A stretch of DNA of 64,000 nt from Candidatus Woesearchaeota archaeon (GCA_016192995.1 JACPTB010000005.1:133503-197502), one strand, 5' to 3'; shown: positions 1 to 9,494, counted from the stretch's first letter. Program-made: numbers and translations. Notes: generated by a model not told the origin, from the sequence alone.

Positions 1-63
1 CAGTCTCCTCAAGGTCAAGGCGGAATGTCTGATATGCCGATGATGTAGGCTCCACACTATTGT

Positions 64-1263
64 TTATTCATTACATTCATTAATCTTAATATCCCCTACT
101 AAATAACAGCTTCCTGTAATCAGAATAAGATCTTTGTTCTGCGCAATGCTTTGAGCATATTTTATTGCTTCATTAACCTCTGTTATTTTCTTAGTTTTTT
201 TAGAAAATAACTTTTCTAAATTATCAACAGTCATTGCTTTTGGAAAAGTGCTTTGTGAAAGAATAATTGTTTTCAAATTATGCATTGTTTCAATTAATGC
301 CACGACTTTATTTATTTCAGGCCTTTGAATTGAGCCATAAATGAGAATTATATTGTTGAAATGTTTCTCGTTCATAATATTTTTTACTGCGTACAGCATA
401 GCGGTAATTCCTGGAAGATTATGGGCGCAATCAATAAGAATGTTTTTTGCAATAAACTGCATTCTTCCTGACCATTGCACTGTTGCAATCCCTTTAATCA
501 TATTCTTTTCTGAGATCGCAATACCTTTCTGCCTTAATACTTTAACAGCTTCAACAGCTAATCCAGCGTTGCGTTTCTGATGTTCTCCGTATAAACCTAC
601 TCTTAATGCTGTTTTCTTAGCTATCATTACCGGCGCTTTTAGTGCCTGTGCCTTTTCTTTGATGACAAGTAATGCTTTGCCTGAGGCACCTGTTACTACG
701 GGAATATTTTTCTTAATAATGCCGGCTTTTTCTCTTGCAATAGCTTTAACATTGCTGCCTAATATATCAACATGGTCAAGTCCAATATTGGTAATAATGC
801 TTACTAATACATCATCATCTTCAATAATGTTAGTTGCATCCAATCTACCGCCTAAGCCGACTTCTAAAACAGCAATATCAACGTTATTTTGCTTGAAATA
901 AACAAATGCCATTGCTGTAATGACTTCAAAAAAAGTTTCATCAGTTATGTATGGTTTAACTTCTTCATAAACACTTACTAATTCTTGTTCTGAAATGGTC
1001 TTATTATTTATTCTAAAACGTTCGGTGAACGAAAATAATGCAGGTGAGATATACATGCCAACATTATATCCTTGCAGGATAAGAATATTACTTACCATTG
1101 CGCAGGTGCTGCCTTTGCCATTGGTGCCAGCAACATGAATGTATTTCAATCCTCGTTCAGGATTGCCAAGTTTTTGTAGGAGCGATTTTATGCGATCAAG
1201 TCCTAATTTGATAGTATGGATTTTTCTGGCACTTAACTCCCTGATTACTTGTTCATAATTCAT
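64..1263 (-). CDS. folC: folylpolyglutamate synthase/dihydrofolate synthase (Mur ligase family)
   Basis: 399 aa; P-loop HVAGTNGKGST near N-terminus; FolC-like domain order. Confidence 0.7.
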   Translation of the reverse strand: MNYEQVIRELSARKIHTIKLGLDRIKSLLQKLGNPERGLKYIHVAGTNGKGSTCAMVSNILILQGYNVGMYISPALFSFTERFRINNKTISEQELVSVYEEVKPYITDETFFEVITAMAFVYFKQNNVDIAVLEVGLGGRLDATNIIEDDDVLVSIITNIGLDHVDILGSNVKAIAREKAGIIKKNIPVVTGASGKALLVIKEKAQALKAPVMIAKKTALRVGLYGEHQKRNAGLAVEAVKVLRQKGIAISEKNMIKGIATVQWSGRMQFIAKNILIDCAHNLPGITAMLYAVKNIMNEKHFNNIILIYGSIQRPEINKVVALIETMHNLKTIILSQSTFPKAMTVDNLEKLFSKKTKKITEVNEAIKYAQSIAQNKDLILITGSCYLVGDIKINECNE

Positions 1264-2414
1264 ATTGCCTCCTGCTTCATTCTTTTATGATAATGCTTGA
1301 AAAACAACCACAAAGGTATCATTGAAATAATAAAAAGAACTGCTGACCATAATAAAAATGTTTTTACATCCATGTAATAACCTGCAATAATTGCTATGGG
1401 CACTGCTATTCCTGAAACACCGCGAAAAAAAGCAATGGCATTGGCAAATTCCCTTTTATGATAGAGGTCTCCAATTAAGGCGTTTGCTACAGGTTTTGCA
1501 ATCGGTATTGATAGGGAAAAACAAATACTTGCTATAAAAAACACGATGTATTTTTGCGCAAACATAATTATGATTAATCCAATTATCCCCAGCAAACTTG
1601 CCAAATACATAAAGAATGATCGTTTATTATTATCAGACCATGATCCGACAATATAAGGAATCAAGATAGGAGTAACATAAATAATAAGCGTCAAAATGCC
1701 TATATCAATCATGCCAAATTTTTGGTTAATAATAATTGGCAATCTGCTGATAAGAAAGCCATACGCAAGATTTAAGGAAAAATAAACAGGAATTAATAAC
1801 CATAATGCTTTATCTGCAAAAATATTTTTAAAACTAAAATGAATATTATCATCAAAGTTTTTGTCTTCAAGAAATGAAAGCATTATGACACCGATTAATC
1901 CACACCATGCCAAAAGTATGATGAGGAAATTATACGAGAAATATTCAAGAATCAATCCACTCCCCATAATCCCTGCAATATTGCCTATTCCCATTAATGA
2001 AAAAAATAATCCGTTATTTTGTCCAAGATTATTTCCTTCATTTGCTTTAACGACGTATAATGCCTGTACGGTCCATAATACTCCGCCAGCTAACCCTAAT
2101 ATACTTGCAATAGCCATCGTTAACCAGGGTATTTTCAAGATAGTTAATGCAATAAATGCGACATAGAGAAGACCGGTGATTAGCAATGCTTTTTTCGCGC
2201 CAGTTTTTTTAATTATCCATGGCGCTAAGAAGTTTCCAATAATAAGAAAAATATAAATTAAGGCAAGACTGATGAATGCAAGTTTTTCCAATCCTATTTC
2301 AGAATAAATTGCAGTAAAATACTGCTGAAATCCATTATAACCAAGAAACAATACTGCAAAACCGCTTGACAGCAGCAATATATTCTTTGAAATGTTATGT
2401 TTTATTATGTTCAT
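1260..2414 (-). CDS. polytopic membrane transporter (MFS-like)
   Basis: 384 aa, about 12 hydrophobic helices; 4-nt overlap with upstream folC suggests an operon. Confidence 0.45.
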   Translation of the reverse strand: MNIIKHNISKNILLLSSGFAVLFLGYNGFQQYFTAIYSEIGLEKLAFISLALIYIFLIIGNFLAPWIIKKTGAKKALLITGLLYVAFIALTILKIPWLTMAIASILGLAGGVLWTVQALYVVKANEGNNLGQNNGLFFSLMGIGNIAGIMGSGLILEYFSYNFLIILLAWCGLIGVIMLSFLEDKNFDDNIHFSFKNIFADKALWLLIPVYFSLNLAYGFLISRLPIIINQKFGMIDIGILTLIIYVTPILIPYIVGSWSDNNKRSFFMYLASLLGIIGLIIIMFAQKYIVFFIASICFSLSIPIAKPVANALIGDLYHKREFANAIAFFRGVSGIAVPIAIIAGYYMDVKTFLLWSAVLFIISMIPLWLFFKHYHKRMKQEAI

Positions 2415-2958
2415 GCAAAAATGCTCCTAATGCTCTGAATGCTTTTCCTCTATGACTGATCTGGTCTTTTTGTTTTTTGCTTAATGTTGAAAGTCGAATG
2501 TTATTGTTTGTTATGAAGATTCTTTCATACGGCAAAACATCTTTGTTTTGATCTTGAACATCATCTGCAATAGCGCCATGCATTTCTTCAACAAATAATT
2601 TTGGTTTTTTTCCAGGTTCGCAATAGCCAATTGCTGTTTTGAAATATGCTTTTCTGTCTTCTCCCGCTAATACTTTTAACAACCCTTTATAACCAAGCAG
2701 ATTAAACATTAATTTTGCGTTATTACCAGGAAAATGAGGATATGCTTCAAAGAAAATGCCTGTGTCTTCCACTATCACTGCTTTTTTGTATTTGTTGGCA
2801 AATAATTCCGCATTACCTCGCGCAGTGTTTTCAACAGTCTCATCTTTATGTTCAATCTTTTCATCATTAATCTGAGTTACTTTGATACCATATTCTTTTA
2901 AAGCTAACTGCGCTTCTATGACTTTGTGGTTGTTGGTGGTTACTAAGGAGATTTCCAT
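2395..2958 (-). CDS. non-canonical purine NTP pyrophosphatase (Ham1/RdgB/ITPase family)
   Basis: 187 aa; N-terminal LVTTNNHKVIE motif and length typical of Ham1. Confidence 0.7.
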   Translation of the reverse strand: MEISLVTTNNHKVIEAQLALKEYGIKVTQINDEKIEHKDETVENTARGNAELFANKYKKAVIVEDTGIFFEAYPHFPGNNAKLMFNLLGYKGLLKVLAGEDRKAYFKTAIGYCEPGKKPKLFVEEMHGAIADDVQDQNKDVLPYERIFITNNNIRLSTLSKKQKDQISHRGKAFRALGAFLHEHNKT

Positions 2959-2991
2959 AATTTGTTGTTAATATGTTTAGTTTAAATAATT

Positions 2992-3384
2992 TTAGTAAGA
3001 AATAACTTCAAGACCATTGATGTTTTCAAAATGTTTTTTATTTCTGGTGATAATCTTACTAATCCCATTAGTTAAGAATAGTCCCGCAATTATAGAATCA
3101 AACTTTTCGATAGGTTTTCCTTTTCTTTTTAATTCCCAAGAAATAACTCTTATTTTTTCAAGAGCTTCTTTTGAGAATTCAACGAGATAAACTTCATTTA
3201 GGAATTCATCATAATACACTTTTTCAAGTTGATGACGCTTATTTTCTGGATCAAGACCAAAATAGATCTCAGCATAATTTATAATGGTGGTAGCTAAAGG
3301 TTCTTTTTGTTCTAAAATTACTTTTTTTAATTGTTCATCTCGTTCAAAGAGATCAATTATTGCAGTTGTATCAAGACCTATCAT
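2992..3384 (-). CDS. vapC: PIN-domain toxin (VapC-like)
   Basis: 130 aa; N-terminal ...LDTTAIIDL acidic PIN signature; 4-nt overlap with upstream small ORF. Confidence 0.65.
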   Translation of the reverse strand: MIGLDTTAIIDLFERDEQLKKVILEQKEPLATTIINYAEIYFGLDPENKRHQLEKVYYDEFLNEVYLVEFSKEALEKIRVISWELKRKGKPIEKFDSIIAGLFLTNGISKIITRNKKHFENINGLEVISY

Positions 3385-3590
3385 GCTAATCGCTTATTAA
3401 ATGAGTCTCTAAAATCTTGCATTTCTTTTTTATCTATGGAACTTTTCGTTATTATTCCCCAGAATCTCATAATATTCTTTTGTTTCTTCTTAAAACTCAA
3501 AATTACATCTGAGAAACTCTTATCTTCAGTTTTCAATTCCTTGAGGAAATCATACGCTTCCTTTTTAATAGCGATATTAACACTTACCAT
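3381..3590 (-). CDS. putative antitoxin partner of PIN toxin
   Basis: 69 aa, charged small protein; ATGA overlap with the downstream PIN gene. Confidence 0.45.
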   Translation of the reverse strand: MVSVNIAIKKEAYDFLKELKTEDKSFSDVILSFKKKQKNIMRFWGIITKSSIDKKEMQDFRDSFNKRLA

Positions 3591-3731
3591 AAGTACATAG
3601 TATGAGTACTCATATATATTTGTTTCGTTTAATAAGTTATTCGCTAATTGCGAATAACTATGATGAAATTACTAATTTCATCATATATATTTAAATATAA
3701 CTTCGAAAAATGCAATCTTGGTGTAATTAAT

Positions 3732-5219
3732 ATGGGTTTTGTCATAGGAAAATACGGCGGATCATCTACCTCTACTCCTAGTAGTTTGGATGAAATAGTG
3801 ATACTCTCAGAAGTTAATCCTGATCGAAGAATAGCTATTGTATCGGCGCCGGGCACTTCTAACTCTGGAAGCGAAGTCCAAGACTATAAATTAACTGATC
3901 TTCTTATTGCAAAAGCAAACAGGCATGCCCAAGAGCACTATCGTACTATTGCAGTCCCTGAAACCAATGGGAAAAAATCAACTAAAGAGCTTGATTTAGC
4001 AACTATTGATCGTTTTATTGAAATGAAATTGCGTGAAGCATATTATACTCATGATTCTACAGCTACTCTCGTTGCAGATACTATTACAGAAATTAATCAC
4101 ATGGCAGCTATGTTTAAAAATACAGCCGGTAACGAAATTAGTGTTCATCAACACTCTGTAAATGTACAATATTTAGGAGAAAAATTTGCAGCTCAAAATT
4201 TAGCTGGCGCTTATCGCGCAAAAGGCAAGGAAAAAGTAGTAGTTCTTGATCCTAAAGAGTTTATTTGTTTGAATGGAGAAAATCCCCTTGAAGGAAAGGT
4301 TTTGTTGGATGCAACTGTTGAAAAATTCAGACGATGGAAAGCAAGTGCTGATTTTGATCCTGAAGCACAGTATATTCTTCCAGGGTACTATGGGAAATCA
4401 GCCTCAGGAGAAATTTCTCTGTTAGGAAGAGATGGAACTAATATGAGCTTAGTTTTAGCTGGAATTGGCTTAGATCCAGATTTCTGTGAAAATTTTTCTG
4501 ATGTACCTGGGATTTATGAAGCAAATCCAAAGTTAGTTCCTCATGCGCGTGTTATTAAGGAAGTTACACCAAAAGAGTTGCGGGAATTAGTTTCACGCGT
4601 TGATTTTAAAGTGTTTCAAGCTCGATCATTAGCACTTCTTGAACGAGTTCCTTATTTTCCTGAAATTCAGGTTAAAGATTTTGCTCATGCCCATGAACGA
4701 GGAACTGCAATTGTATCTTGTCGAGATGTTTCTGATCAAAATATTGTTGGTATAGGCGTAAGAGATGGAGTTACTTATATTAGAATCACTGATCCTGCAA
4801 TGGCAGATCAAGAAGGTTATTTTGAAAAAGCATCAGGGATAATACGTAGTTTTGGCGCAAATATACTTCATGTTCGTGATTCAGCAACAGAAATAACTTT
4901 TTACGTATCTAAAAATTCTTATAAATCTCGCGGAGTAAAGCCAAATAATATTTATACCGCTTTAATGAAAGAGTTTAAATTTGAAAATCCAACTTCTGTA
5001 AAGATTGGCAATCATGGTTCAGTATTGGGTGTTATAGGCGGCAAAATGGACGCTCGTGTGATGGACGATATGAATGCTATCCTTAGATCTTCTGGTGTTC
5101 GCCAACAACCTTTTGTTACAGGTTCAGATGTTGCACTTTATACCATTGTTCATAAAGATGACATTACTAAATCAATTGGTAGTTTATATGATGCTTTAAT
5201 TATAACGAGAACATCTTAG
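3732..5219 (+). CDS. aspartate kinase (amino-acid kinase family with C-terminal ACT-like region)
   Basis: VIGKYGGSS, IVSAPG..TD.L and LGRDGT...DVPGIYEANPK motifs; the ATG at 3732 preceded by GGTG is a likelier start than the ORF-track start at 3648. Confidence 0.6.
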   Translation: MGFVIGKYGGSSTSTPSSLDEIVILSEVNPDRRIAIVSAPGTSNSGSEVQDYKLTDLLIAKANRHAQEHYRTIAVPETNGKKSTKELDLATIDRFIEMKLREAYYTHDSTATLVADTITEINHMAAMFKNTAGNEISVHQHSVNVQYLGEKFAAQNLAGAYRAKGKEKVVVLDPKEFICLNGENPLEGKVLLDATVEKFRRWKASADFDPEAQYILPGYYGKSASGEISLLGRDGTNMSLVLAGIGLDPDFCENFSDVPGIYEANPKLVPHARVIKEVTPKELRELVSRVDFKVFQARSLALLERVPYFPEIQVKDFAHAHERGTAIVSCRDVSDQNIVGIGVRDGVTYIRITDPAMADQEGYFEKASGIIRSFGANILHVRDSATEITFYVSKNSYKSRGVKPNNIYTALMKEFKFENPTSVKIGNHGSVLGVIGGKMDARVMDDMNAILRSSGVRQQPFVTGSDVALYTIVHKDDITKSIGSLYDALIITRTS

Positions 5220-5258
5220 ATAGAAAACATAAAAAAATAAAATGAGAAATTAATGATT

Positions 5259-5411
5259 TTAAGCTTTTCCTAAAATTCTAAATACTTTTGTTCCGCATGC
5301 TTTGCAGGTTCCTTTTGCTGCTTTCATGCCGTTTTTCATAACTGTTTCTTTTGCGTTTTCCATCTTAACTTCTTTTTTGCATTTCATGCATCTTCCTTTG
5401 TATTCAGGCAT
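5259..5411 (-). CDS. small zinc-ribbon protein (50 aa; C-x2-C ... C-x2-C)
   Basis: Unlisted ORF MPEYKGRCMKCKKEVKMENAKETVMKNGMKAAKGTCKACGTKVFRILGKA read from the reverse strand; below the 60-aa cut-off of the ORF track. Confidence 0.45.
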   Translation of the reverse strand: MPEYKGRCMKCKKEVKMENAKETVMKNGMKAAKGTCKACGTKVFRILGKA

Positions 5412-5560
5412 CTCTAACCACCTCAACGTTTAACATCATAGTAGCTTTATCAGCTAATACTGTTGTTCTAAGTACTTCTATTTATAACATTTTCCTCTTT
5501 ACAAGGAGAAAATATTCAAATTATGATAAATACATAATTTTCTTATCTTGTAGTAGTTAA

Positions 5561-6247
5561 ATGTACCTTGTTAAAACCATAATACTTATATATAGTTTTA
5601 ACCTTCTATTTTTTATGCATAAAAACCTATTGCTAATTATGTTGCTCTTATTTTCAGTTATTTTTCTATCCCAGGGTTGTTCGTCAAATAAAAATACCCT
5701 GGAACAAATTCCTGTTGTTGTTCCAGAGTCTGAACAACCAAGTTTTGTTCCTGCAGAAAATGGTAATGTAGTTATTGTTCAACAAACAACAACTGTTTCC
5801 CCGTCTGAACAAACTCCAGCAGTAAAAGAAAATGAAGCTGTTGTTTATTCTGCTAAAGTCCCTGCTTCTGCGCCAAAGCGTCAAATTCTACGCCGAGGAT
5901 CTTTCCAGCCAAAAACTCATCCTGTTGAAGGAAATTTAGTGATGTATTATAGTGATGACGAAAAAATTACTGGCACTGATGAAGAAACCTTGCTTGTTTT
6001 AGAGTTAACGAATGATTTTAGCTCAGCTTACGGACCAGATTTGCATGTTTATATAAGTACCATTCTTGATCTTGACCAAGCACATATATTTGAAGAAGGA
6101 GAGTTTGCAGATCTCGGCAGTTTAAAAGAGCTTAGTGGAAGACAATATTATGTTGTTTCTGATTATGCGAAAACATTGGAGTATAATTCTGTTGTTATTT
6201 ATGCACCTGGATATAATGAAGTATATGGTGTAGCTTATTTATATTGA
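5561..6247 (+). CDS. secreted/lipoprotein DM13-domain protein
   Basis: Signal peptide with LSQGCSS lipobox-like site; C-terminal YGPDLHVYIS ... GRQYYVV ... VVIYAPGYNEVYGVAYL matches the DM13 domain pattern. Confidence 0.5.
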   Translation: MYLVKTIILIYSFNLLFFMHKNLLLIMLLLFSVIFLSQGCSSNKNTLEQIPVVVPESEQPSFVPAENGNVVIVQQTTTVSPSEQTPAVKENEAVVYSAKVPASAPKRQILRRGSFQPKTHPVEGNLVMYYSDDEKITGTDEETLLVLELTNDFSSAYGPDLHVYISTILDLDQAHIFEEGEFADLGSLKELSGRQYYVVSDYAKTLEYNSVVIYAPGYNEVYGVAYLY

Positions 6248-6256
6248 AGTTAAATA

Positions 6257-6410
6257 GTACGTATTAAGTCTTCTTCGGGTTTAGCGCCAGTTCAGCTTAA
6301 ACGTATTATTTCGTTTGGATTTTTCTCTCTGGAACTCCGAAAAATCCACAAGGTAAGATTAAGAAGAGCTTCACAAAAGTAGGCGCTAAACCCCAGACTT
6401 AATACGTACG
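6257..6410. mobile_element. family-A palindromic MITE-like repeat (copy A1), flanked by 8-bp direct repeat GTTAAATA
   Basis: Termini GTACGTATTAAGTCT / AGACTTAATACGTAC; internal TTTAGCGCC.GTTCAGCTT and GGATTTTTCTCTCTGGAACTCCGAAAAATCC palindromes; recurs 6 times in the window. Confidence 0.8.
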
Positions 6411-6467
6411 TTAAATAACAATATTTATATACCAATGTATGGAAAAGTATACTTATGAGGTGAGTTC

Positions 6468-6662
6468 ATGAGAAAGATAGCTTTAATAGTGGTATTAATG
6501 CTGATAGCATTAATTGCAATAAGTTGTTCAAAAGGAGACGGAGAAGTAACTGATGTACCTCCGGCGTCTGCAGAAGATAGCGCTGGTGCTCCAGCAGATG
6601 GAGGAGAACAACCGACAGCAGCTCCGCCAGCATTGCCTGAAGATGCAACAGGTGGAGAATAA
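6468..6662 (+). CDS. small putative lipoprotein with Pro/Ala/Gly/Glu-rich low-complexity tail
   Basis: 64 aa; signal peptide then ISCSKG; locally GC-rich; the minus-strand ORFs at 6425-6670 overlap it and look spurious. Confidence 0.35.
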   Translation: MRKIALIVVLMLIALIAISCSKGDGEVTDVPPASAEDSAGAPADGGEQPTAAPPALPEDATGGE

Positions 6663-6709
6663 ATTAACATTGTTTTTCCTTTTTTCTTTTTCTCAATTTA
6701 TTTTGTAAA

Positions 6710-6719
6710 TATTTATTAA
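6710..6719 (+). promoter_or_regulatory. putative archaeal TATA box for tRNA gene
   Basis: TTTATTAA centred about 29 nt upstream of the tRNA 5' end. Confidence 0.3.
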
Positions 6720-6743
6720 TCAATGATTATGTCGTTAGTTTAT

Positions 6744-6860
6744 GCCCTTGTAGTATAGCCTGGATACTTGCTGACCTTGTCACGCAAGGATTAGCACGTA
6801 GTGCAAATAGTACGCAGCCCTGCGGAGGCTGCAGCCCGAGTTCGAATCTCGGCAAGGGCG
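6744..6860 (+). tRNA. intron-containing tRNA (117 nt; isotype unresolved; a 6-bp hairpin CUGCGG-AGG-CUGCAG suggests a long variable arm, possibly Leu/Ser)
   Basis: Perfect 7-bp acceptor stem GCCCTTG/CAAGGGC, D-arm GTAT-AGCCTGG-ATAC, T-arm CCGAG-TTCGAAT-CTCGG, discriminator G; about 30-40 nt more than a mature tRNA; followed by a T-tract. Confidence 0.6.
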
Positions 6861-6878
6861 TTTTTATCTTTTTTTCAT
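6861..6878 (+). terminator. T-rich tract (archaeal-type terminator) after tRNA
   Basis: TTTTTATCTTTTTTTC immediately 3' of the tRNA. Confidence 0.35.
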
Positions 6879-6891
6879 TATGATGCAACTA

Positions 6892-8097
6892 CTATTTCAA
6901 CAACGAGAATGGATTACCCGTATAATTAATAATCAAAGCAAACAATAATATGACTAATATTCCAATAGCAACAAAACTCCATAATTTCATAGCATGATGT
7001 TTGTTTTTGATTAATTTTAATAGCATTATCTTCAGCATTTGACCACCATCAACGATGCCCAACGGTAATAGATTAGCTAATCCAATAAATAAGTTCAGCC
7101 AAAACAGCCATTTGAATAAATCTTTTAACCATAATACTAATGGCGTCCACCAGACCTGTTCGTATTCATCTTTTATCTTAACATGTTTCTTGATATTATT
7201 AACACCAATATACCCTTTTCCGTGATCGTCAGGATGTGCTATAGGTACGACAGTAAATTCTGTTTCTGCAGTTGCTAAGGTAATTGGTTCGTTTGGTACA
7301 GAACAATACTGCATTTGTTCCATAAAATATTGATAATCAGTAACAGGTTTGTTATTGACTGCTAAAATAACATCACCGGTTCTTAATCCACTTTGATAAG
7401 CAGGAAGAGTTTCATTACTCACCTCAAAAGTAAATCCATTATCTTGAAGAATTTTGCCTTCTAAAGGGACAAGCACAAAAGAAGATACAAATAAAATCAA
7501 AAGCGCTAACACAACATTTGAGACTGGACCAGCAGCTAAAATTGAATACTGCACAATATCCTCTTTTTTCGCCATTTTTTTCTCATCTGGTTCAACAAAT
7601 GCAGCTGGGATAATAGGTAGTAATACTGATAAAAACGCAAATCCGCTTGATTTAACCTCAAGGTTATGGGCGCGGGCAACAACGCCATGAGAAAATTCAT
7701 GGACCACTGCAAGAATAAAAATAGCAATGAGCCAGGTAGTAAATGAAAGATATCCTAATCCCGGAATATTAGTAAATGGCAATACCGGCACAACACCTGA
7801 TGGCGTTGTTGCAGGAGCTGTAATTAATTTAATCATTAATTGGATGACCGAATAAGTAACAAAGAACATCCCTATAAATCCAACACCTGCACTGATATAT
7901 CCAAACAATTTAACCCATTCGCGATATTTAGTTGCGATTTTATCCATTAAAGAAATCCCAAACTTGCTTTTATAGAGAATCATAAAGATCAAGGGGAATA
8001 CAATCTTCTGAATATGGAGTTTATCACGTTTATGATAAAGAAACGCGGATAAAAACAGTACAAACACCATTGCCAAGACGATTTCAAAATTAAACAT
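6892..8097 (-). CDS. site-2 protease (M50 zinc metalloprotease) with PDZ domain
   Basis: HEFSHGVVA HExxH motif within a membrane helix; PDZ-like GLRTGDVILAVNNKPV; polytopic. Confidence 0.75.
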   Translation of the reverse strand: MFNFEIVLAMVFVLFLSAFLYHKRDKLHIQKIVFPLIFMILYKSKFGISLMDKIATKYREWVKLFGYISAGVGFIGMFFVTYSVIQLMIKLITAPATTPSGVVPVLPFTNIPGLGYLSFTTWLIAIFILAVVHEFSHGVVARAHNLEVKSSGFAFLSVLLPIIPAAFVEPDEKKMAKKEDIVQYSILAAGPVSNVVLALLILFVSSFVLVPLEGKILQDNGFTFEVSNETLPAYQSGLRTGDVILAVNNKPVTDYQYFMEQMQYCSVPNEPITLATAETEFTVVPIAHPDDHGKGYIGVNNIKKHVKIKDEYEQVWWTPLVLWLKDLFKWLFWLNLFIGLANLLPLGIVDGGQMLKIMLLKLIKNKHHAMKLWSFVAIGILVILLFALIINYTGNPFSLLK

Positions 8098-8272
8098 AGT
8101 TTTTAAGAATAAAGTACATTTATAAAGGTTTTGAAAATCAAGTATAAGGGCATAAATAACTCATATTGTTGCGGTACTGAGATATAATCTTGATACTTAT
8201 CCCTCTACCTTTCTTAAAATTACATAATTTAAACATCTAAATTTATAAATTAAAAAATTTAGAAAGTATTTT

Positions 8273-8572
8273 ATGTATGAAATTTACGCAACTGATACGT
8301 TTAAAGATATTTATGATTCTTTAGATAAAAATGAGCAGGATTGGATAGATAAGATTAAACAACATTTCAAAGAATATCCAACGGGAAAACCATTAGGTTA
8401 TAAATGGTTTAGGGAAAAGAAATATTTGGACAAAAGACTTTATTTTCTTATTGATGAAAATACTAAAAGAATTTTGTTCGTATCATTTGCTTCTAAAAAA
8501 GAACAACAGGAAATAATTAATTTTATTAACTTAAATATGAGTGAATTGTTGAGCTACCTTAAATCTCTTTAG
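8273..8572 (+). CDS. RelE/ParE-like toxin (putative mRNA interferase)
   Basis: 99 aa; C-terminal KRLYFLIDENTKRILFVSFASKK resembles the RelE/ParE fold signature. Confidence 0.4.
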   Translation: MYEIYATDTFKDIYDSLDKNEQDWIDKIKQHFKEYPTGKPLGYKWFREKKYLDKRLYFLIDENTKRILFVSFASKKEQQEIINFINLNMSELLSYLKSL

Positions 8573-8706
8573 AATTTACTAACTCTTCCATGCCGTATAT
8601 CTTCAAGGCTTAATTTTAATTGTATAAGAGCGTCATCTGCTATTTTTGCTTTTTTCTTTAAGGAATTATACTCTTCCATACTGATAGTAATCTTTTGTGC
8701 TTGCAT
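8569..8706 (-). CDS. small ORF (45 aa) convergent with and overlapping the RelE-like gene; possible antitoxin-like protein
   Basis: MQAQKITISMEEYNSLKKKAKIADDALIQLKLSLEDIRHGRVSKF read from the reverse strand; not in the ORF track. Confidence 0.25.
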   Translation of the reverse strand: MQAQKITISMEEYNSLKKKAKIADDALIQLKLSLEDIRHGRVSKF

Positions 8707-8738
8707 ATTATAAGTATTAGCTCTGTTATTTATAAAAT

Positions 8739-9494
8739 TTATGGCTTAGCCATCATCCACATTATATCAAAATATTTTCTAAATGAATCAGCAACTTTAG
8801 GGTTTTTGATCAAAACTACGGTTGGCTTTTTGGTGAGTATGACGATCATCGTATTATTTTTCCAAATATTGATCTCAGCAGGTGTTGTATTTTCCATGTG
8901 CCTTATTTTAGTTAAATCAGGTCTTTTCACGCTTTCCTGAATATTGCCTCGTGCAGATTCGTTAAATATAATTTTTTGCTTTATTTTTTTCTTCGCCAAC
9001 AATAATGCATGCTTATTAAAGAAATTTCTGACTCTTTCCTCATCTTCGCCTTTGCTTGCGCCAAACACATAATTAATATCTCCTTTTTTAAGGGTATCTC
9101 TCATCATTTTATAGACCGTTTCCATGCCCTGCCAGCCGGTAAAGATTTCTGCCTCAGTTTCATCGCCAACTAATTGCTGTTTTAATTTCAATGCAGGCAG
9201 TATATTTTTAATCTGCTTTTCTTGTTCAGTTATTTTATTCTTTTTATCATTGAGAAAATCAAGCAATCTATCAGGATTTACTGCTTTGAAATGCTTGGTA
9301 TTGGCAATAATAACATGGCTCACTAACCCTTTGTTTGCCAATCGTTCTAATCCATCGTATACTTTAGACGTATGTATTTCTGTTTTTTTTATCAAAGCTC
9401 CTGTTGTGGTTGAACCTAGTTCTAATAATGTTAAGTAGATTTTGATTTCATTTTTAGTTAAACCAATATTTTCAAGTATTGTTTCAGTTTCCAT
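8739..9494 (-). CDS. TrmB-family transcriptional regulator
   Basis: N-terminal wHTH IGLTKNEIKIYLTLLELGSTTTGALIKKTEIHTSKVYDGLERLANKGLV; paralogue of 27072..27812. Confidence 0.7.
   Translation of the reverse strand: METETILENIGLTKNEIKIYLTLLELGSTTTGALIKKTEIHTSKVYDGLERLANKGLVSHVIIANTKHFKAVNPDRLLDFLNDKKNKITEQEKQIKNILPALKLKQQLVGDETEAEIFTGWQGMETVYKMMRDTLKKGDINYVFGASKGEDEERVRNFFNKHALLLAKKKIKQKIIFNESARGNIQESVKRPDLTKIRHMENTTPAEINIWKNNTMIVILTKKPTVVLIKNPKVADSFRKYFDIMWMMAKP

Noticed and set aside
1-63. GC-rich first 60 nt
   Set aside because: Too short to interpret; probably the tail of a neighbouring feature outside the window.
341-901. Plus-strand ORFs 341-580 and 659-901 inside folC
   Set aside because: They are antisense to a well-supported gene, hydrophobic low-complexity translations of an AT-rich antisense strand.
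6425-6670. Minus-strand ORFs 6425-6670 and 6466-6648 (Ala/Gly/Leu-rich)
   Set aside because: Reverse-frame translation of the GC-rich tail of the small + strand lipoprotein gene; low complexity.
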